From Macrostomum hystrix (Eukaryota; Animalia; Platyhelminthes), in assembly GCA_950097015.1 (NCBI GenBank), contig CATNEN010000010.1, forward strand, positions 1,674,001-1,738,000: a stretch of DNA of 64,000 nucleotides, in the 5' to 3' direction. The notes under the pieces are model-generated. The model was given only the letters and a program-made list of their open reading frames with translations, was not told where the DNA came from and ran no database searches. This document shows positions 36,016-47,428 of this stretch, in pieces (within the stretch, counting starts at the first letter, position 1; each line of letters starts with the position of its first letter). The position numbers and the translations under genes were made by a program.

Positions 36016-36452
36016 AAATGTCCGGTATGTTGTGTTGGCTCCGTTGGCTTTGTGATCTAGCATGTACCTGCATCTGATTGGCTAGAGCGAGAAGTCGGCA
36101 GTTCTTATCTCAGCTAATGGGAAACAATTTGCGTTATTGAGCAAGGCAGGTACTTTTCGATTGCTTTAGCTTATCCATGTTTAGTATATTAGTATATTTA
36201 GTATATTTAGTACATTAGTATATTTAGTATATTCATGTGAATATATGCCGATGCCAATGATGGATTTGAAACTGCAGAGATGGCAGCATTCTAGTTGCAA
36301 GTCACAATTAATAAGAGCTTGGCCATCAAATATTCAAGTATATTTTTGTTCAGTTTTCAACTTGGCATGCAAAAAAGCAGGTAATGAGTCAGCAATTGAA
36401 GCACAACAGATTTCTAATCAGCGTAGGACGCAGTCTCCAAGGCCTTGAGTCC

Positions 36453-39400
36453 CTACTCAACTGAGGGCAGCGGCTCGTCGTCGTCGTCCTTGAGACCGAG
36501 CTCGCGCAGGAAGGACATCTCCTCGGCAAGGTAGCCTTCGTACTTTTTCTTCATTTTGAGCAGGCGCTCCTCAGCGGTGAGCTCGACAGCCGGCGCGATG
36601 CCGGCCTCGCGCTTGGCCTTGGCCTCCAGCTCGATCTTCTCGTGCTCGCGGTAGTCCCAGCGGCTCATGACGAAGGCGCGTCGCTGAATCTCGCGCTTGT
36701 AGTAGGCCTCGATGCTGGGCGCCTCGCCGGCCATTGGGGTGTGCAGGGTGAAGGGCACCTTGTGGGCGTGGGTGGTGCCCTGTGTGTCGCCCACAATGAG
36801 CAGCTGCCGCTTGTGACTGATGTTCCACACGGTGCAGTAGGTCAGCGCGTTCGCCGAGATGTTCTGAACCAGCACTGGCTCGTGGGTCTTGTCTGGTTCG
36901 GAGGTGTATGGAGTGTAAGTATTAACTTCTTGACTTTACCTTCCATACAAGAAACACGGATACTTCTTGCACATACACGCGAACGCGAGAGAGAGTCTAA
37001 CATGTCAATAATAATAATAATTATTAACATTATGCTTGCAGGAGGGATGCAGGCAATGGAGGGTTCATTGGCTAAGGTTTTAATCAACCCCATTGCCACG
37101 AGTGAATTAATTCTATACAATGGCTGGGCATTGGCATTGCTACGAAGTGAAATTTTAGGCAATGTCACATCCTTTTGTGCCAACCCACAACCAGCGAGGA
37201 GGCAATTCTGCCCATTTTGCTGACTCCTGAGCACACACGCACACAGATAACGTACTGTGTTAGACAACGTCTCCTCCGCGACTGCACCCCAATTTAATGA
37301 GCTCAGGGACCTTGGTGCGAGAGGCAGGCGCCTCAACCGCACTGCCACTGACCCTCGTCGAACGCGTTACATTTGAGCAACACAACCAAGTTTTGAGACA
37401 AGTATGTTTGATAGCACTTGCTGCGACTCACCTAACAGATCCCAAACTTCAACAGATCCGTCCGCTCTGGTGATGAAGAACACGGAAGGTCTGGTTGGAC
37501 TCCAGCAGCCGCCAGTCAGTGGCTTCGGCGTCTTCTGCGAGTACAAGATCGGGCCGGAGTTCACGCCCTCCTTCCATAGCGTCCACAGCCAGCCGCCGAC
37601 ACTCAGGATCAGGCTGCGGTCGAATGGTGACCTGGCAGGCGGCAAATTTTAGTCGATGTAGAATTGCTTTTCGTCATTTGTTTCGTCTTGTAGCCAGTTC
37701 GTATTGTGATTAACAATATTTTCTTCCGCGTATCGTTACGGCACCCAAAAATGTAACTCAAATACTTACCTAGACAGATGCTTGATGGAGCTGTCGTGAA
37801 TGGTGGAGTAGAACACCGGCTTTGGCGTTTGCGACTTGCCAGTGTCCTGATCCTTCTGCGGCATCCAGTCCACGTAGACCAGCTCGCCATCCTCGGTGCC
37901 GACATAAAGGAAGGTGCTGACCTTCTGCAGCATCCGCTGCTTGGTGGCCTTCGGTGCTCCGGGCATGGTGAAGTCGCCTCGATGGCTGCTGGTCGGATCC
38001 TTGCTCTCCGGGTCCTCCTTGGAGAGCACAGACCGGTCGCCCTGCATCTCCTTCATGGACACCTTGACGGGGTTGTGGTTGCCGCCCGGTTCGGACTTGT
38101 ACAGGTTGACGCTGAGGAAGGGCTTCCACTTGAGGTGCAGGTGCCAGAAGGTGTCCGGCACGCCCATGGGGCAGCGGTCCTCTTCGCGCTTGAACGCCGG
38201 AGCATTGCTCTTGGCCGAACGCAGATCCCACAGGTAGATGGTCTCGTCTGTGGCGCAGGAGATGATCTGCACGTTCTTGAACTCCTTGGCCTCCAGCGCA
38301 TAGCCGGTGACCTTCTGGATCTCGAAGTGGTCGGGCACCCACATGATGTCGGTAACGGGAGCCTGGTGGCCCAACTCTATACTGCTGGCCGCAGCGTATC
38401 GAATCGTCGGGATCGGGTCGGTCTTCACGAACTCAGTCAGCATGTTGCTCGCCTTCTTGTTGCGGCCTTTGCCCTTGGTGCTCTTCAGCCGGTCCATGTG
38501 TTGGGAGATATCCCACAGTACGATTTGCCCGTTCATACAGCCACCTGCAAACAATGAGCCATTAATTCTTATTATACTCGATTTCATGAACTTTGTGCGT
38601 TAATTATTAAACAGTCCTTAAGCAGTCCCGAATAATTTTGTAATAAGTTGGGGAATTATTACTGGGAACGGGATCACTCACCAACGATGATATTTGGATC
38701 CGATGGGCAAAACTCGAAGCAGAGAACATCTTCCGGTGCCTCCAGGAAGAGCTGCGGCTGAATTGGATCGGTGAAGCTCCAGACAACTATGACGGACGTC
38801 TTCAGCACAATCTTGGCCGAGTGGTCCACCATGCCGTCAAAGTCATACTTCTCCCGAGTGCTGACCGCCACGATACCTTTGAGCGACGGGTGCCAGGCGA
38901 TGTGGCTGACGGCCTTCTCGCGCGAATGCTCTAGATCAGTGAAGGTCTGGAACTCCTTGAAGGTGTTGTCGGTCTTCGAGAACAGGATGCCCTCGCCACC
39001 CAGGTTCATGTAGTCGTCGTAGAAGCAGTTCATGATCTCGTTCTGCTGCAGCGACTGTTCGAACAGTGGCACAGTCCGCTGACCGGCTTTAACCAGCTCT
39101 GGCAGCTCCAGCTGCTTCTCTCGCTCCGCCTGGCTCAGCTGCCGGGCCTCGTACTGCGTGAAGGCGTTCTTCGGGTTACCCCAGAAAGTCTGCACGGCTG
39201 CGCTGTTTCTTGCTGGAGCCACCTGAACATCCTGGTCCTTCTCAGTGATAGGAATGTCGGATGTGGACCTGGCTGTGTCCTCCAGCGCCTGGACGTCGAC
39301 AATCTGGTTCTTTACTAGCTTGGAGGAGGGCGGCGCATCGACTGCGTTGCGATCGGCGAGGCCGATTGGGGCGCCAAAGTCGCGCCGCCTGCGCTGATAA

Positions 39401-40360
39401 GTGAGACGGAACTGCGGCCGGCTGTTGAAGACCGAGGCCTCGCGGATCTCCTTGTCGCTGCCCTGCGGAATCCAGTCGCGCGGCACCGGTGGAATATAGC
39501 CTGTGAGGTGAGGGACGCGAAGGATTCTGGATTTCGTTAAACAAGTCCGAGTCCGTTTAGCCAAGGCATTGAGAAGCAACTCACCCTGGACCACCAGTTC
39601 CTCCTCCTTCTCTTCTTCGCCTTCGTGTTCAGTCAGCATGCTGTTGCGCGCCTCCTCCGTCACAACCAGCAGAAAGTTCGCGCCGTATTTCCAGTCAGGA
39701 TCGGCGACCAGCATTATGTCCTCGGTGTCGATCTCGTTGATGATCTTCAGGTGCTCTTTGAACTCACTGACGGCAGCGCGGTTTTGAATATCGTCTAGGA
39801 TTACCTGCGGATGTTGGAAACATGGTATTGGTAGTGAAGTTTCATAAGGAGAAGGCTTGTGCATAAAAACTTTTAATGCAGTGTTTGCTTAATGAAGGTT
39901 ATTGGCTCGTACCTGACCCCCTAACTGAGCTAAATGATGCCACATGTATTGCTACTGGATCCCTCACCTGCTTCGGTACGAAGCGCAACAACGACTGCGG
40001 CGGCTCCTCGCCCTCCGGAATCGCCAGGCCGACAATCTTCTGCGTCGGCTCTGGCAGGAAGATCGGCACGCAGCCCTCTGGCGCCGGCTCCGCCTGCGAC
40101 GCCTCCGTGGCCGGCGTGTGCACCGCCGCCGCCTTCTTCTTGGTGGGTGACTTCTTTGGCGAGCGGTCGCTGCGCTGGCTCTTGTTGCCGCCGGAGCCGA
40201 TTGAGCGGCCGCTGCGGGGCTGCGACTTGCCAGAGCGGGCGCTTGCCACCGACTTCGCGTCGTCGCGTGCAGATTTCGGCGCCTGCAGGGTGCCACCACC
40301 GGATGGCGTGGCTGCCGGCTCTGGCGGTTTGGGCGTCTCGGCGGCCTCGCGTTCCGACAT
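36453..40360 (-). CDS. DNAI3: Dynein axonemal intermediate chain 3 (WDR63/IC140), 6 exons, about 948 aa
   Basis: DPDWKYGANFLLVVTEE, WSFTDPIQPQLFLEAPEDV, GGCMNGQIVLWDI, VEVWDLLDKTHEP and YYKREI match WDR63. Exons 40360-39968, 39804-39585, 39500-38682, 38544-37770, 37631-37432, 36892-36453 sum to 2847 nt. Confidence 0.88.
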
Positions 40361-40899
40361 TTTCTAGTGCTGCAAAATGTGGATTTATGCTAATCGATCA
40401 GGAAGCACATATCGATTTGAAACTTGAATGCATCAAAGGAGCCCAACACATGCGAACATTGAATGGAAAATTAACAACGAAAAGAAACGTGCAAAAATCA
40501 GTGCAATTACACTTCTGTATTATCACTAAAATTTAGGTACATGCAGAACATTCTTTTCCCGCAAATTAATTATCGCTAAAGGCAATGATCCTTTCATCAG
40601 ATTAAAATTTTTACATTGATCTTTGTTAAAAACGTATTACCAATAATTGGCATAGACATAAACTGCATAAGACAGTCTTAACTGCTAGTTTCGACCCAAT
40701 CCAAAATTGTCCTTGGAATACAATGATCCTATTCCTGCTTAATTTACATTAAAAAAGTTTGTTGCTAAAAATATGTTCTTTGCCGCTTACTATACATGTA
40801 TACTTTTAGCCAGTAAAAAGCTGAAACACTACATTTCTCAATTCGCTTCCCTAATAATAAACATTTTGTCCAGAAAAATAAGCACAAATGATAAGCAAG

Positions 40900-41715
40900 T
40901 TAGGACTCAGTGTAGGAGAACATGTTGCTGAACAGTGGCCACACATAGTCTGACGCCAGTTTGACATCGAACGGACGCTTGTAGATCTCCAGAAATTCAG
41001 CACACTGCAGGAGGCACGAATTCTGGCAATTCTGGGCCAGGTATCCTACTGCGGCCTGGGCTGGGACCAGTTCCTGGCGCTCCTCTCGAACCTTCTTCAT
41101 GATCTCGTTCATCTTTCCCTTCATTGGGTCCTTTTGCAGATGGACGCCAAGCTTCAGCAGCTGGGTCATGATCGACGCGATTAGATTTTCATCGCTGTCG
41201 CTGGTCTCGAACAAGTCTATGTTCACTGGCTCAACTTCAAGAATGGCATGCGACCAGAAGGAAAACAGCCGATGATTGACGTTATGAGAAATGTTTAGAA
41301 TGACAGCTCTTAGAATCGGAGAGTTTTCGCGCATTGTAAAATCGTTCAGTTCTTCCACAACCTTTCGAATGACATTAGTCGTTCCCTCGATGACATGCAG
41401 CGCGCACGACGGATACATCAGCAGCAGACCGGTGACTTCCTCTGGTCCAACTGCCGCGTGTTTAAGAAATCCATTTGCATCAGGATCATAGTGCAATCCT
41501 AGCAGCGACTTAAGACTGTGTTTGCTATAGTCGACGCTGAGTCCAGGAAAGAATGTTTGCGGTGGCTGAGCCGATGCATTCAAACGCATAGCGATCACTG
41601 CACGATGGACACTATCACGTTTTCCTGCTGCTTTATTTTTGTCTTCAACGACATGGAATAATGACTTTTGGATTCCGTCAATGACGGAATCATCTTCAGC
41701 GATTGATGATTGCAT
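40900..41715 (-). CDS. TEX47: TEX47/DYBLUP/MOT7-like BLUF-fold protein, intronless, 271 aa
   Basis: VTGLLLMYPSCALHVIEG..ILNISHNVNHRLFSFW resembles, from recall, the TEX47(C7orf62)/DYBLUP BLUF-like core (TGLLL.YP..LH..E; SHN...RLF..W); C-terminal PFDVKLASDYVWP. Not verified by search. Confidence 0.7.
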   Translation of the reverse strand: MQSSIAEDDSVIDGIQKSLFHVVEDKNKAAGKRDSVHRAVIAMRLNASAQPPQTFFPGLSVDYSKHSLKSLLGLHYDPDANGFLKHAAVGPEEVTGLLLMYPSCALHVIEGTTNVIRKVVEELNDFTMRENSPILRAVILNISHNVNHRLFSFWSHAILEVEPVNIDLFETSDSDENLIASIMTQLLKLGVHLQKDPMKGKMNEIMKKVREERQELVPAQAAVGYLAQNCQNSCLLQCAEFLEIYKRPFDVKLASDYVWPLFSNMFSYTES

Positions 41716-42018
41716 GTTAAAATATCACATTGAAATTTCAGAAGTTAACTATTTAAAATGCGCTGGATTAAAAAAGGCCAAAGGGAATGCTAATCAAAAT
41801 ATTACAAAATTCGAAGAGCAACCGAAAGCAATCAAAGTAAAGAAAATATCTATAGTAGAAAATATAGTAAAAATTATATTAACATCAATTTCCCCACTAT
41901 TTTTTTTATTCAAATAAAGACAAAAAAATATAATAATAATATACGTTATACTACTTTCAGAATTTAAATTTATAGTTTCGCTGAAAAGTTTAAATAGTCA
42001 TAAAAGCTATAAAATCTA

Positions 42019-42786
42019 CCGGGTGGCCCATGCGTTTAAGGACAACCTTAAAAATAGAAGAAAGCAAAGCCAGCGGTAGCTAGAGCATAATAGTTTTGGT
42101 CATAGACAAAATAGTATCTATATAGTCTGTAGCTGCCGCGAAAATTTTCGGCAACTTAGCATTAGCCATGAATCGCGCTAAACGTTTGATGGTGGTAGAC
42201 CAGCTCGCGCGGGGTATAAGCCCAGCACAGGTACCAGCTGGAGTGAAAATCAACTCAGCCGAGTACATCCGCATGCTGCAGGATCATGTACTGCCATGGA
42301 TTCGACACAACTTTGCCCCAGGTACGTTTGTTTTTCAGCAGGACGGCGCTCCTGCCCACACGGCTGTCGCTACTCAAGAATTTCTTCGCCGGGAGCTCGG
42401 CGAGGACTTCTGGGATGCGACCACTTGGCCACCATCGAGTCCAGACTGTTCCCCTCTCGATTACTTTGTGTGGAACAACGTGGCCCGCGTTGCATGTTTA
42501 ACAACTTATGCTACCGTGGAGACTCTCCAAGTTGCTGTTAGTGCTGCCTGGTCAGCTCAGGGCCCTGCCGTCATCAGAGGTGCCTGTACCAAGTTTCGGT
42601 CTCGCATTGAAGCCGTGTATGCAGCGGAGGGGGGCTACATTGAGTAAATGTTATTTTTAGTTGCCATCTAGACATTATGGCGGTCAGTTAAAATGTTAAA
42701 GTTTTCGTTTGTTGGTTGTTTTTATATTAAAAATGTATATACATTTGATCATTTTTAAGTTGTCCTTAAACGCATGGGCCACCCGG
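42019..42786 (+). mobile_element. Internally deleted Tc1/mariner (maT-like) transposon, 768 bp
   Basis: Perfect 28-bp TIR CCGGGTGGCCCATGCGTTTAAGGACAAC at both ends, flanked by TA on each side; encloses a transposase remnant. Confidence 0.93.
42168..42647 (+). pseudogene. Truncated DDE transposase ORF (159 aa): short N-terminus fused in frame to the C-terminal catalytic half
   Basis: FQQDGAPAH..WPPSSPDCSPLDYFVW and C-terminal GGYIE are maT/mariner motifs; the first catalytic D and most of the DNA-binding region are absent. Confidence 0.88.
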
Positions 42787-44541
42787 TATATTCTAAAGCA
42801 TACAGTGTAATTGGGAATGGTAAGAACCAGCTTTATGCCAATCAAATGCCTATCGAACGTTATCAATGTATAATTATAAAACAAAACTTTTTCGTACACT
42901 ACAATGCATGGAAACTCTTAAGTAGTGCATAAAGTTATTATCTTATCCATTTCTCGACCAAATAAGATTTTAGGTTTTTGTTTTTGCTATGTTCTAAATT
43001 GAATGTAGAGTTCAATTAAAAAGAAGTAATTTTTTGTCTGTAGATACTAAATACTATTGAAATACTAGTAGCTATTGAATTTCCCCTATCACACCTTATT
43101 CATTTCATGTGAAATAGTGAATTTAACTATTTTTACTCTAGTCCCATAGTCAGGTAGGTGACACAGCATGCGCCGGAATAAATTTTGGAGGGACAATCTG
43201 TGCGCCACGCTTGTGCGCCAATGTGCGCCGAGACCCTTTGTGTGCGCGGGAATTTTCCCCCTCAGCAGCCACCTTCCTGACTATGGCTCTAGTCCTAACT
43301 CTTGTAATAGGTAACTGCTATAAAATGAATTGCAAATTATGAAATGAGACACCCTTAATTACATTAATTATTATTCTTTAATATGTACTTAACTTATCTT
43401 TCAGTTAAAAGTTCTTATAACTTATTTATAGCTAGCAATGCTCATAGGACATAGTCAATTGAAAAAAGCTTACTGGCATCAATAGAGCTAGAATACATTT
43501 AATTACACTTAAAATCTAGTAACAATAACCTACAGTACAAAATAATTAGAGTTTATGCAAGAATGTTTTGTTGAAGGGTAAAATGTATCTTAAAGGATTA
43601 CTTCTGTTCATATTTGGATTCGTAATTTAAAGCAAATTAAGGACATTTTTATATATTTTGTTTTTTAATTTTAAGCTAGGCCTTGTTGGTACTTTGAATA
43701 TCTAGGTATAGCGAAACACTATTTTATAGCTTGTAATATTTTTTATTCAGGGTCTGTAATAGTAATGTTCATTGTCTTCTATCGCTTTTATCCTTTTATA
43801 TATTTGAAGACCCTTTGTTACTCCTGCCTTTTACCTGAAGGTATTATAAAAATGTTAAATTTGAGCACTTTATTGTATTAAAGAACAATTGAAGTTAAAA
43901 TTCAATAGTTCAGTGTAAAAAAGACAAAATAAAAGAGCATGCTGATTAAACACAGTGAGGTGGGAATATAATCCTTGGACATGCTGCAGTTACCCCAAGG
44001 CTTTACATATTTGGCATACTGTTCAAACCAGTGCAAACCAGATGATGCTAAATTTAACTAGAAGTGGAATTTGAGGTATGCAAAACATTACCTAACAGTG
44101 CTTAAAGCAGTGCTTACATTGCCTGCCTAACTAACGACTGTAATTACTCTTACCCTTTGCAAGAAGGCATTTAAAAGCCTTTAAAGGTTTTTTAAATGTG
44201 CACCCAGTTGGAAAAGCTTAAGTATCTAAAGCTGAGCAACGATGGATGTATTTTCTTTTGCATTTAAGATTCACTATTTAAGCATGAAAAAGTAATAAAT
44301 TTATATTAAATTTAAATTTTCCTTGTTTTGTAGTTTATAGTTCATTTAAAATCTTGTGCTACTCATATTATGTATTACGAGTATACCAGTGCCTTGGTGT
44401 CCAATTCAAATCCATCCAACAAGCAGAAGCCTACAGACCTGCTGAGCACTTCAATATTCTTATTTAGACATCCTGAAAGCGAAACTTCGAATGTTTAAAA
44501 TGTGTTTCTACAGCATCAAAACTGTTTAACTTCCAGTTGCC

Positions 44542-45525
44542 ATGGCCACAGCATCAGTTCCATCTGCCCAACCCAGTAGCGAGGCCGCAGCCAGTGCTGT
44601 GCTTCGCGATTTCGAATCCTATGCCAGCCAGCTTGACGCGAGCCACCAGCTGCGCCAGTCGGTCAAGCTGGCAGCCGAGGAGCTGGACGCGGCCTCGCGC
44701 GTCGCCCTCCTGCGGCTGCGCGCCGCTGCCACCAGTCGACCTGCAGGTCGCTGCGGCGGTAGCACCGGCGACTTAGAAGACTCCTCCGTATTTAAAGACA
44801 GTCAGTTCGCTGCGGTGCGTGGTTGCCTTGCCGACTGTCGCCAGGCCTTGGTCACGCTGGCCGAGCTGTTGCCAACTCCAGATCTGCAGCTCAGGTGAAT
44901 AACGGAGATTTCGCTTTTCTACTCGCTACTAATAGTAGTGTGTCACATTCAATTCAAATTCCTTGAGCTACTGGACTTGGCCCCCAACCTCTCAGGCACC
45001 AGTGGATGTGGCGGAGAGCCAGCCAGCGTCTGTCACTGGCTGTGTCGTTGTTGAGCTTTCTTGAGACCGGCCGGTTGGCCAGCCGCGCCCAACTGGCTGA
45101 GCAGCTCGGCCTGGCCGACTCCGGCTCAGCCTGGGATGCCAGGCTGCCGCTGAGTGATCATCTCCAGGTGAGATCATTCAGGAACTAATCCGTTCTGCTC
45201 CTGTGAGTTGGATGCAAAATTCAACCGATTTCCATCCAACTGAAGCTTTTCAAACTGCTCAACTTTTCAGGGCCTACTCAGCTTCGCCTCTGAGCTCGCC
45301 CGCCTCAGTGTCAGCTGCGTCATCGCCGAGGGCGCCTCGGCCAGACTGCCAGGCCGCGCCCTGGACTGCCTGACCGACTTGAGGCGCGGCTTCCGCCTGC
45401 TGGCGTCGCCGGCGGATGGTGGCGGAGACTCCGCATTGGCGACCGCGGCCGATGCTCGGCTGGCCAGCGAGTTGGCCAAGGTTGAGGATGTGGTGTACGA
45501 TATCGCCGTGCGGAAGAGGAGATGA
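44542..45525 (+). CDS. TSN: Divergent translin-like protein, 3 exons, 259 aa
   Basis: FLETGRL, GLLSFASELARLSVSCV, GFRLL and KVEDVVYDIAVR align with translin (YLETETL, GVLILASELSRLSVNSV, GFRLL, KVEEVVYDLSIR). Exons 44542-44894, 44996-45167, 45271-45525 sum to 780 nt. May be a paralog rather than the ortholog. Confidence 0.78.
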
Positions 45526-45770
45526 GGACTTCCATAATATCCCATTGTAATAAGAATAAAATATTACTGTTTATTCTGCGCAGCTGTACTCTTGCATTTG
45601 CAGTTCTACCAATGTCAACAATTTTACATCAATGCAGTCGTAACTTGTTTACTAACGCGATAAAAATTACACGGTGCGAAATTCAAAATCCTATTTTGCA
45701 TCCTGGACTCGGTGTTTGTTTTTCAGAGAGCGCAAAATGTTCATGCTTTGCTCATTTATAACTCATTTGG

Positions 45771-45830
45771 GGATTAAGATTAGCGGGATTACCGGGATTA
45801 GCGGGATTACCGGGATTACCGGGATTAGCG
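45771..45830. repeat. 9-bp repeat GGGATTA(G/C)C containing six GGATTA
   Basis: GGATTAAGATTAGCGGGATTACCGGGATTAGCGGGATTACCGGGATTACCGGGATTAGC. Confidence 0.85.
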
Positions 45831-45893
45831 GCGTTTTCGAGACGTTAATAAGCGACCAAATTTACCCGCCTCAATCAGGCTAGGAAGCGGCAT

Positions 45894-46100
45894 TTCAGTC
45901 CATGGACTGGGGGACGCCAGACCCATTCTCAAATACCCAAATGAGTGCTGGCACCCATTTAACAGCTAAGTAAGCTGAAGCAATGCAGAATTACGTGTCT
46001 TGCTAAAGGACAAAAATTGTTCCAGTGGAGTCAGGAAATGAACTCTCGACATTTACGACTCAAACGCCTCGATTGTGTGGTATTAAGCGACTCTATAGTG
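45894..46100 (-). mobile_element. 3'-truncated, diverged copy of the tRNA-derived SINE
   Basis: TTCAGTCCATGGACTGGGGGACGCCA..GTCTTGCTAAAGGA..ATTGTTCCAGTGGAGTC is collinear with the 14.8 kb copy. Confidence 0.72.
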
Positions 46101-46348
46101 ATTCAGACTTCTAGGCAACTCATCATTTTCGTTTGATTTACACCTTTTTACGGCGACGTCCAGTTGTTCTGATGTCGTTATTTAAAGCTATTTTTACCTT
46201 ATTAAATCTCATCAACCCTGAACCGACTCTGAAGCGACTCAAACGTATATAAAACGTCTTTAGATTCGGGTTCCCTTTTCTATATGGAAATGAATCATGG
46301 AAATTCAGGCTGAAAGTTTTACGGCTGACAGTGGAATTCTTATTCCAG

Positions 46349-46912
46349 ATGGCTCCGCGCGATCTGCAGCCGAGGCGGCTCCGAAGACAGCCTTCAGCTT
46401 CGGCATTCGCTTTTCGTCTCATTCTAGCTCTAGCCTCATCCACGGCGACCGTGTCACTCGCCGCCGAGTCGTCCTCGCCTTATCCATCGTCGCCGTCTCG
46501 TCTGACGCGGCCGCTGCTATGCCGTCAATGCGGGGCGGACATTGTGAGCCCCAACGCTAGCCTCCTGCTGACCGTGGCCAGCCCGCAGGCCCTGACTAGC
46601 CGCAACTGGACCGTGGGCGGCCTGCCGGCTCTCCTGCAGCGATTCGCCAATCCGGCTGGCTACGAATTCGAAGTGGTCTCCGTGGCAACTGACGGCGTCT
46701 CTGTCACAACGGCTGGCGAGAGCGTCGAGGAGGGCACATTCTTTCCCGGATTCACCTGGCAGGTGTGCGGCTGTCCAAAATGCGGCGGCCATCTGGGCTG
46801 GCTGTTCAGATCCGTGAGCGACTCGGCCGTGGCTTTCTACGGCCTCATCCTGAACCGCCTGCTCGACTCGGGCGACCTCGGCGGCGAAGTTGCCTGGGTG
46901 GAGAACGCCTGA
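46349..46912 (+). CDS. Stand-alone CULT (cereblon thalidomide-binding-like) domain protein with a predicted signal/anchor segment, 187 aa
   Basis: LLCRQCG and CGCPKCGGHLGWLF zinc ligands; FANPAGYEFEV; TFFPGFTW aligns with cereblon SWFPGYAW. No LON domain. Hydrophobic AFAFRLILALASSTATVSLA near the N-terminus. ATG directly follows TTATTCCAG. Confidence 0.82.
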   Translation: MAPRDLQPRRLRRQPSASAFAFRLILALASSTATVSLAAESSSPYPSSPSRLTRPLLCRQCGADIVSPNASLLLTVASPQALTSRNWTVGGLPALLQRFANPAGYEFEVVSVATDGVSVTTAGESVEEGTFFPGFTWQVCGCPKCGGHLGWLFRSVSDSAVAFYGLILNRLLDSGDLGGEVAWVENA

Positions 46913-46924
46913 GTCCTGGCGCAC

Positions 46925-47428
46925 AGGAATGCGGGTGTTTCAGAGGGAATGCGGATGTTTCAGACGGGAATGCGGATGTTTCAGAGGGAATGTGGGTGTT
47001 TCAGAGGGAATGCGGGTGTTTCAGAGGGAATGCGGATGTTTCAAAGGGAATGCGGGTGTTTCAGATGGAATGCGGATGTTTCAGAGGGAATGCGGATGTT
47101 TCAGAGGGAATGCGGGTGTTTCAGAGGGAATGCGGGTGTTTCAGAGGGAATGCGGATGTTTCAGAGGGAATGCGGGTGTTTCAGAGGGAATGCGGGTGTT
47201 TCAGAAGGAATGCGGATGTTTCAGAGGGAATGCGGATGTTTCAGAGGGAATGCGGGTGTTTCAGAGGGGAATGCGGATGTTTCAGAGGGAATGCGGATGT
47301 TTCAGACGGGAATGCGGATGTTGCAAAGGGAATGCGGGTGTTTCAGAGGGAATGCGGGTATTTCAGAGGGAATGCGGATGTTTCAGAGGGAATGCAGGTG
47401 TTTCAGAGGGAATGCGGATGTTTCAGAT
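46925..47428. repeat. 20-bp minisatellite (GGGAATGCGG(G/A)TGTTTCAGA)n immediately after the CULT stop codon
   Basis: Tandem copies; source of three spurious ORFs. Confidence 0.94.

Noticed and set aside
37770-38557. Long overlapping antisense or alternate-frame ORFs (also 91-531, 2760-3250, 39934-40536, 63012-63764)
   Set aside because: Shadows of GC-rich coding exons; no recognisable domains.
45771-45830. Interstitial telomere-like repeat
   Set aside because: The unit is 9 bp (GGGATTAGC/GGGATTACC), not TTAGGG, and is very short.
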